From IMG/VR virus record IMGVR_UViG_2974789010_000001, positions 1 to 10,181 of that record: a DNA stretch of 10,181 nucleotides. One strand, given 5' to 3'. The position numbers and the translations under genes are program-made. The notes under the pieces were generated by a model. The model saw only the letters and a program-made list of their open reading frames with translations, made no database searches and had not been told where the DNA came from. This document shows, in pieces, positions 1 to 7,100 of this stretch. The DNA is from a virus. Taxonomy: Duplodnaviria; Heunggongvirae; Uroviricota; Caudoviricetes; Crassvirales. Position 1 is the stretch's first letter. Each line of letters starts with the position of its first letter.

Positions 1-40
1 AAAAAAAAAGAGCTAGAGGTTAATCCCCCTAGCTCTTTTT
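1..40 (-). terminator. Rho-independent terminator, probably bidirectional
   Basis: The minus strand reads AAAAAGAGCTAG-GGG-GATTAA-CCT-CTAGCTCTTTTTTTTT. This is a perfect 12-bp inverted repeat (5-16 / 29-40) extended by one G-U and two G-C pairs, followed by a 9-U tract, a few nt after the tandem stops. The plus strand also has a TTTTTGTGTTTT tail after the stem. Confidence 0.9.
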
Positions 41-48
41 GTGTTTTA

Positions 49-3000
49 TTACTTGGTAAGATTAGCTCTACCATACTGATAACTCTGTGCTGCTTGATAT
101 GGATTTTGCATCATTAAGTAGCTTCTCCAATAGGGAAGCATTCTCTCAACTTTGTGTGCCCATTTCAAATCACCTTTCTCATAAGTACCTCCACTTGACT
201 TATACTCCTCTTGAGTAGCAAATAGTGTAACTATATTAACTAAGTCAGTAGCCAAACTAAAGCCAACTGGTGATATATTAGTAACTACTGGAGCCTCTTT
301 AACAAACCCCCAAGGAGTATTGAAAGCAGCTTGTTCACTATATAATCTACTAGCTGCATAATACAGGAAACCCATAGCTTGGTCAGGTTCTTCATCATCG
401 TCATCATCAGGCTTAGCACTTAGCATCTTAAGTAAAGTTAGTGCTACAATAACTGCCATATCTGCCCAGTTTCTTCTCATATTATAATACTGATTAGCTG
501 AGAAGCCAGCATCAAGCATCCTTTGCTGAGTAGTCTTAGATACTGGAGTTAGGATAGCTCTAGCTGTTAGACCAAATCCACCTTTATCAGTGAATGTAGA
601 TGCAATTACCTTAGCAAGAGTTCTCATAGAGCCTTCTGTTTCCCCACCTAAAGCTACACTATAAGTACTAACACCAAATCTTCTTTGTATCATACCTAAA
701 GCATACCCTCTCATGGCTAACAAAGCATTACCATAGACATTCTGTTGAATAGCTACTTTATCTGCATTGTTATAGATACCGTGCATTCTATTATTGATTT
801 CTCTAGCTCTATCCATGAATCTAGACTCATCATCTATACTCCATTCTCTTAGCTCACCAGTCTCAGTATCAATATACTTAACACCTTGCTTCATAGCTAA
901 AGTCTTACCTAATTCAGGTTTAGTTTCATCTATAGGAACTACTTGATAAGCATTGTATAATGAAATAGGATTACCATTTTCATCTACTAGCTTAGTCTTA
1001 TTAGCTAATGCTAAGAAGGCCATAGTCTGCATGTAGTGCTCACCACATTTATAAGGTAAGAATAGATTCTCACCAACAGGATTTAACTTAACCCATTTAG
1101 ATTTATTGGTGAAGTATTCTCTTTCTTTCTTCTTATTTTCATTAAGAGTATTGAACTGTCTAATGAATAAGCTTACCTTATCTTCCTTAACATCATCACC
1201 AGCATGTAACCAGTTAGATGGCAGTGACTTCCAATAGATTAGATTAGCTCTTTCCCAATCTTTTACACTAAAGAATTCACCTGCTAAAGCCTCTTTGAAT
1301 ATTTCAAGACTACCAGTACCAACATTAACTGCACCACCAAGAACATTACCACCTAAGAAGAACTTTGATGCAAGACCAGTAAAGAAGCCTACTATCTTAT
1401 TTAGCACAACTTTCTTACCAATCTTTATCTTGGTAGTATTAATGCCATACACTTGCTTGTCTAAGAACTTCTGGTATCTCTTATAGGCTCTGGATGTTTC
1501 ATCTCTCTCTGACTCAGGCTTAACCCCTCCTACAGCTCTCCTCTTCAAGACATCTTTACCAATCTCAAGAGTACCTGCTATACTAGAAATACCTGCATAA
1601 GTGTGAGCCATACCTGCATAAGCTAATGTAGATTGGAACAAGTCTGTACTAAGTTCTCCAGTATCTCTTAACTTATTGATACCATAGATAGGAACTCTGT
1701 TTAACTTCTCTTTTTCAAACTCAAGCTGATTAGAGAACATATCTTCCTCTATTGTATTATAGGTTTGGTCACTACCAAAGTCTCTATCTTCACTATCTTC
1801 AACAAAGGTATCAGCCATATTTCTTCTCAAAGTATAACTAATAGCTTTGCCAGTTCCCTCCGTCATTCTTCTATTCCTAATCTTATTCATAGTAGTGCCT
1901 TTGAATTGAGGCATTCTATAAACATTAGTACTACCATTAGGCAAGAAGCCATCAAGTTCTCTCTTAAGGTTCATGTATTTATTTAACCAACCCTCTCTCC
2001 TTGTTCCTGCTATAGTTCTAGCATATTGCTCACTTCTATAGTTATCATTAGGATACCATCTTTGCTCAATCATATGCCACTGGGAGTGTTGTTTATGCCA
2101 TGACTTAGCTTGAGGTTTGAAGAACTGGTCCCAAAGCAGACTCTTTTCAAAATCAGACTTACCATCAAGGTTATTGTTAGCATAGAAGTTATCTCTTGCT
2201 TCTTTCTTGAATGCAAGCCAATCATCTTCATAGTCTCCCCATACAAACTCTGATACAATGTTACCTGTTAATTTGCCTGTTCTTGGGCTAACTTCACAGA
2301 ATATATCAGTGTTCTTCTCACCAATATCATGCAAGTCTTTCTCCAATCCTCTAAGTCTATCTTGTGATTGAATAGTCATATCATCAGCATATTTATTAGC
2401 TAACTTAACTGCTCTATCTGCAAGCTGACCTATTACATCAGAGTTGTTAGACATTGATGCAAGGATTGATTCATGAATACTAATATCCTTTTCCATGTAT
2501 CTAAGTAAATCCTCAATAGGAACTCTTTCAGCATTAACCCACTTAAGTCCTCTTTGTCCTTTCTTCCAGTCAAAGATTACTCTTGAAGCTCTTTCTACAT
2601 AAGTAGAACCCATAGCATCTTCAAGGAATTTTAAATAAAACTCTCTCTGTTTGATTTCAAGATTACTTAGTAACCTATCATCACCATTAATAGCTTCATT
2701 CAAGTTTCTCCTAAGAGTCTTGAGTCTATTCATTGTATCTTCACTTACATTCTGTAACTTCAATCTAGAGTCTTCTGTAGTGGTTGCATCCTTTACAATC
2801 TTAATTAAAGCCTGTGCATTTGTGACAAATGTGCCTACTTCTCTTAATAAAGCTGCATTCTCTGGAGTAATATTGGCTACATTGAAATCAACTTTATTGA
2901 GCTTGTTAATCATCTCTGGTACAGTATCAACCATTAAGTCCATAGCTTCTGTTATACCATCTACTGCTATCAAGTCAGCAAATAGTGAAGGGCTATTACT

Positions 3001-4164
3001 TATTCTTCCTGCCTCAACTTGACCTGCTAATTGATTGTACTTGTTATAAAGAGACTTATCTATAGCCCTCATTTCTTCTGTTTGACTTCTTAAGATGTTC
3101 AATATAGACTTGAAGGTAGTTACATTAACAGAGTCTTTAGCACTGAATAGAGTTTCTTGAGTTTCAAGAGCATTTTCTACAGTTCCCTGGAAACCAGGTG
3201 ACATAAATCCTTGTGCAATTGCATCAGCAGTTCTTATAGCATCAAGTTTAGCATTAGCTATCTCATTACCAGTAATAGTATTGAATACTCTCTTAATTGT
3301 ATCTACAATTCTACCTATCAATGATTGCCATGAAGCTCTCTTATCAATTTCACCATTGATTGCTTTACCAACTAAATAGCCAGCAACCTCTCTTGCAGGA
3401 TTACTTCTATAGGCAATAGTGTCATACTCCTCACCCATAATAGCCTTCTGTACATCAGGTGTAAGCACTCTCTCAAGTCTCTGAACTAAAGGATTATTAC
3501 CTAATGCACCTACAGCAAAGTGACCTGCTTCCTCAGATAAGCTACTATCAACTTGTTCATTATTAGCTACTTTAATTAGCTGATATAAACTATCAGCAGT
3601 CCTAGTTGCATTAATAGTACTATATCTACCATTAACTCTATCACTTGCATCCATGAAGCTGTAGTCAACACCAGCTCTATTAAGATAGAATTTAATCCTT
3701 TCTTGCAGACTTCTATTAGCTATATTATCATTAAGTTGAGCAGTATTAGTGCTATTCTTATCAACTATACTTAACTCTACCTTACCATCTGGTCTACTAA
3801 TAATAGTAGCCATATACTTGTCATTGTATTGGCTAGCTCTATTAAAAGATTGAAGTTTAGGTACAGCCTCATTATAATCATATACCCCTGCACCAATATC
3901 TTTGTTAAGAGTTTGCTTTATCTTTTCATCACTTAACTTTAATTTAGTTAGTTGTCTCAAAGACTGAAAGGTTATCTCACCATTACTATCAAACTTAGCT
4001 TCATTAGCTACTCTACTTAAGAACTCAGGGCTTGTACCTACAGCATAATACTGCTTAGCTATTTCCCTATCATTGGTGTAATGTAGTAGTGAGCTAAAAA
4101 GCTCACTATCTACAAATTCACCTTGTTTGTTCTTTACTCTTGGAATTATACTACACTTATCCAT
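49..4164 (-). CDS. Large (1371 aa) putative virion cargo/ejection protein with N-terminal zincin-like (EExxH) domain and C-terminal membrane-interacting helices
   Basis: Uninterrupted 4.1-kb ORF with the same codon bias as the RNAP gene. ATG lies 1 nt after the RNAP stop and the gene ends TAA TAA (49-51, 46-48). Contains LSEEAGHFAV (aa 209-218), a downstream REVAG (E259), an amphipathic helix WQSLIGRIVDTIKRVFN, and hydrophobic segments at about aa 924-956, 1233-1250 and 1299-1316. The product call is inferred from these features and from adjacency to the vRNAP. Confidence 0.75.
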   Translation of the reverse strand: MDKCSIIPRVKNKQGEFVDSELFSSLLHYTNDREIAKQYYAVGTSPEFLSRVANEAKFDSNGEITFQSLRQLTKLKLSDEKIKQTLNKDIGAGVYDYNEAVPKLQSFNRASQYNDKYMATIISRPDGKVELSIVDKNSTNTAQLNDNIANRSLQERIKFYLNRAGVDYSFMDASDRVNGRYSTINATRTADSLYQLIKVANNEQVDSSLSEEAGHFAVGALGNNPLVQRLERVLTPDVQKAIMGEEYDTIAYRSNPAREVAGYLVGKAINGEIDKRASWQSLIGRIVDTIKRVFNTITGNEIANAKLDAIRTADAIAQGFMSPGFQGTVENALETQETLFSAKDSVNVTTFKSILNILRSQTEEMRAIDKSLYNKYNQLAGQVEAGRISNSPSLFADLIAVDGITEAMDLMVDTVPEMINKLNKVDFNVANITPENAALLREVGTFVTNAQALIKIVKDATTTEDSRLKLQNVSEDTMNRLKTLRRNLNEAINGDDRLLSNLEIKQREFYLKFLEDAMGSTYVERASRVIFDWKKGQRGLKWVNAERVPIEDLLRYMEKDISIHESILASMSNNSDVIGQLADRAVKLANKYADDMTIQSQDRLRGLEKDLHDIGEKNTDIFCEVSPRTGKLTGNIVSEFVWGDYEDDWLAFKKEARDNFYANNNLDGKSDFEKSLLWDQFFKPQAKSWHKQHSQWHMIEQRWYPNDNYRSEQYARTIAGTRREGWLNKYMNLKRELDGFLPNGSTNVYRMPQFKGTTMNKIRNRRMTEGTGKAISYTLRRNMADTFVEDSEDRDFGSDQTYNTIEEDMFSNQLEFEKEKLNRVPIYGINKLRDTGELSTDLFQSTLAYAGMAHTYAGISSIAGTLEIGKDVLKRRAVGGVKPESERDETSRAYKRYQKFLDKQVYGINTTKIKIGKKVVLNKIVGFFTGLASKFFLGGNVLGGAVNVGTGSLEIFKEALAGEFFSVKDWERANLIYWKSLPSNWLHAGDDVKEDKVSLFIRQFNTLNENKKKEREYFTNKSKWVKLNPVGENLFLPYKCGEHYMQTMAFLALANKTKLVDENGNPISLYNAYQVVPIDETKPELGKTLAMKQGVKYIDTETGELREWSIDDESRFMDRAREINNRMHGIYNNADKVAIQQNVYGNALLAMRGYALGMIQRRFGVSTYSVALGGETEGSMRTLAKVIASTFTDKGGFGLTARAILTPVSKTTQQRMLDAGFSANQYYNMRRNWADMAVIVALTLLKMLSAKPDDDDDEEPDQAMGFLYYAASRLYSEQAAFNTPWGFVKEAPVVTNISPVGFSLATDLVNIVTLFATQEEYKSSGGTYEKGDLKWAHKVERMLPYWRSYLMMQNPYQAAQSYQYGRANLTK
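3388..3534 (-). other. Zincin-like metallopeptidase-fold region with EExxH in place of HExxH
   Basis: S-E-E-A-G-H-F (E211-H215, nt 3520-3534) in a predicted helix, and a Glu 44 aa later (REVAG, E259, nt 3388-3390) where a gluzincin third ligand would be expected. The fold assignment is from motif pattern only. Confidence 0.55.
4082..4114. repeat. Inverted repeat, 14-bp stem with a 1-nt bulge and 4-nt loop
   Basis: TGTAG-TAGTGAGCT-AAAA-AGCTCACTA-(T)-CTACA. Perfect 9-bp arms at 4087-4095 / 4100-4108 plus 5 more pairs at 4082-4086 / 4110-4114. Confidence 0.6.
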
Positions 4165-4168
4165 ATTA
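4162..4168 (-). promoter_or_regulatory. Tight stop/start junction TAA-T-ATG (probable translational coupling), no canonical Shine-Dalgarno
   Basis: The minus strand reads ...AAGATTTGT TAA T ATG GAT..., with a 1-nt gap, A at -3 and an AT-rich upstream context. This fits SD-independent initiation in Bacteroidota. Confidence 0.55.
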
Positions 4169-7100
4169 ACAAATCTTATTACCTTCTTGGTCAGTTACAT
4201 TATTAGCTTGTGCTTTCAGAGAGTTAATCGTATCAATCAAGTCTTCTCTACTAGCTTTACTTAGCATCTCTACTACCATATCTCTTTGAAGAGTATTATC
4301 AGCTTTAAGAGCTAAGTCAGTAGCCTCTTTTATTAGTTCTTCTGTAGTTAAACTTGTATCTGGTGTACTAACTACCTCAGGTTCAACAGATGTATTACCA
4401 TTGTCTTGAACCTCAGTATCAGCTACCATACTTGTTGTAATTCCATTAGAACTGTATTGAAGAGATTTACCTGCATCACCTAAGGCATCTACTCTAAAGT
4501 AATCCATACTACCAGTAGTACTTTGATTAAATATATCTCCACCATTATTACACAAATATACTACATCATCTATAACAATCACTGGTCTGAATACATCTAT
4601 ACCTTTATCTTCACTAGGAAGTAAGAAAGGGTTTGCATCTTTACCTAGCTTCTTTGCATTTAGTGTGAAACTGTTAACAGCTACACCCTTTTCAAATGCT
4701 AAGTTACTGATAATTTTACCACTTCTTCCTTTAGGATGAAGTACCAGTCTAGTGTTATCTAAGTGATTAAGCAAATACTGTTTAGCAAACTCTTGACTAT
4801 TAACACCTATCCTACTCTTTTGCACTTCATTTAAGAAATCAACATAAGATTGAGGATTACCATTATAGTCATATCCTACTTGCACAGCTAACTTAACTTC
4901 TGTAGGAGCCAAGTTCATGAATGCCATAGGACTATAAGTAAAGCCTAACTTGTAATAGTTATATAAGAATAGAGATTGTGCTATCTCAGCAGTATTCTCA
5001 TTTCTCATTAAGTCACCCCAACTCTCTTTAAGCTCATCCTTCTGATAAGGTGCTAAACCACCTATATCTTGAATGTTCATACTTACTTTACCAGTCTTTT
5101 CATCAGTTTGAAACTGCATATACTGGAACATAGGCATGGACTTCATTGTAGGATTAGCCTCAAGAATATTGAATAACCCTTCTGGAAATACCTCTGTAAA
5201 GTATTCTCTAGCTGTTACAACTTCACCAGCAGCATTAATAGGCATGTTTCCATTAAACAAACTATTCTCTTGCTGACTTAACATAAATACCATTAAGTCA
5301 CTGTGTATGCTATTAATAGTCTCTGCATCAAGTAAGCCACTTCTAGTGAATCCTGCTAGCTCTTCTCTAGCTTCTTTATAAGCTTTAGTGTTATAAGGAT
5401 AGAACTTGTTGATTGCCTTCTCTGCTTTTCTATTCATATCATACATAGCTTGTTCATAGGCAAATGGATTTTCAAGTAAGCTTTCCATATACTCTTGGTC
5501 ATTCATAGCTAGTGTATTATCCTCATTATTAATAGGTGAGTAGATACCTTGTGCTACTTTCATCCCAACCTTAAGAGCATCAGCTTTCTTGAAAGACTTG
5601 ACATATGCAGCTACTTTCATCTGTTGTGCATAGGCATCACCAAAGGTAGAACCTACAGCATTAGATGCAGTAAACTTAGTGTTTCTAACAAACTGAGAAA
5701 CATCATTACTTGCCTCAAGTATCTTTCTGAATAAGTCAGCTACATGAATCTGTCTTTCAACAAACTCATCATCTCTCATTAGGTCTTTCTTATCTTCATT
5801 AGCACTTCTAACAATGTTGTATGCTAGCTGCTCTTTATCAAACTCCTCAGGTATAGCTTTATTTAATTCACCTTCAACCTCATAAGTATCTAATACATTA
5901 TCTATCACAGAGTTAATATCAGACATACCATTATTAAAGCTGTATTCACATATATCCTTAATAATAGGTTGATTAAATAACAAACCAATGTCCTCAGTTG
6001 TGAAACCAAGTCTTGCTAACATTGCACCAGCATCAGCAGTAATAGTATTTAGATTCAAGAAGTTAAGTACAGGGTCTTTAACAGCATCTACTGATGCAGC
6101 TAAGAACTCAGCAACATTCAAACTTGTATCTATCTCACTATTGTGTAATAAGTCTGCATAAGTCTTGCCTGCAAATGAGATAGCTTCTTTCAAATAGAAT
6201 TCTTCCATCAAAGATGCAAAAGCATGATTAGTATTCTGATTAGCAAATATACCAATCAGCTTACCTGCAACATTATTCTGCTGATTGTAAGTAACAATAG
6301 TCATAGGGTCACTAGGGTCATAGTTAGGTTCTGGGTCTTCCAGTTTACCTTCATCTATAGCTCTATTAATACTAGAAAGGTCAACAGTGCTAGAGCTATG
6401 GTCAGCAATTACATTACCAAACATTAATTCTCTCATCACTCTAGCTGCCTTTGAAGCATTACTAAATCCACCAGGGGTATATCTATCACCAAAGGTTTCA
6501 ACATCACTTAATCTCTGCTGAATTAGATGAATAAGCATGTTGTTTCTACTAGCCTTACTATTCTCTAATGGACTCTTACTAAAATCATACTCTTCAAATT
6601 TAATATAACCTCTATCAGCTACAAACTGATTAAAAGCTGCTTGATATGTATAAGGTAATCCAGCTTTCTCCCAATACTTATACAGCCTATCTAATGATTC
6701 AGTGTCCTCTTCTCTAGCTTCTTTAAGAACTGCCTTCAAATTAGGATATGTATCATAGAACTCTGACCATATATTCTTTACCTCCTCTGATATAAGTTGT
6801 CTTTGTTGATACTCATTTCTCATAAAGTACAACTTATCAATATCAAAGTCAAAACCTGCAATAGTAGTTCCCTGAGGTGGTACTTTAATAGTACCTCCAG
6901 CAGTCTTATGACTGAATCTTTTCACTCTCAGATTAATCATTGAGTAATCTCTTTCAGTTGGAATTCTATATGCAAGTAAACTAAGTATATTAGGATAGGT
7001 CTTTTCAAGTAATGTATTACCATCTGCATCAACCTTTAATGTACCATCTTCATTACAGTAGGTTCCAAAGTCAAGAGCATGTTCTTTACCAGCATTATCA

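Noticed and set aside
1590-1622. 12-nt direct repeat TACCTGCATAAG with a 21-nt period
   Set aside because: Only two copies, explained by a repeated YAG tripeptide (AYAGMAHTYAGI) with the same preferred codons. It is not a CRISPR, iteron or DGR-like structure.
1803-1831. Bacteroidota-type promoter-like match on the minus strand (TTTG-N17-TACCTTTG)
   Set aside because: It sits deep inside a CDS with short spacing and no downstream gene start. Several TAnnTTTG matches are expected by chance in 10 kb of AT-rich DNA (another is at 5641-5648).
6137-6145. His-Asn-Ser (LLHNS) resembling an intein C-terminal splice junction
   Set aside because: There is no matching intein N-terminal block or LAGLIDADG/HNH region upstream. 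The preceding sequence contains the polymerase catalytic motifs themselves.
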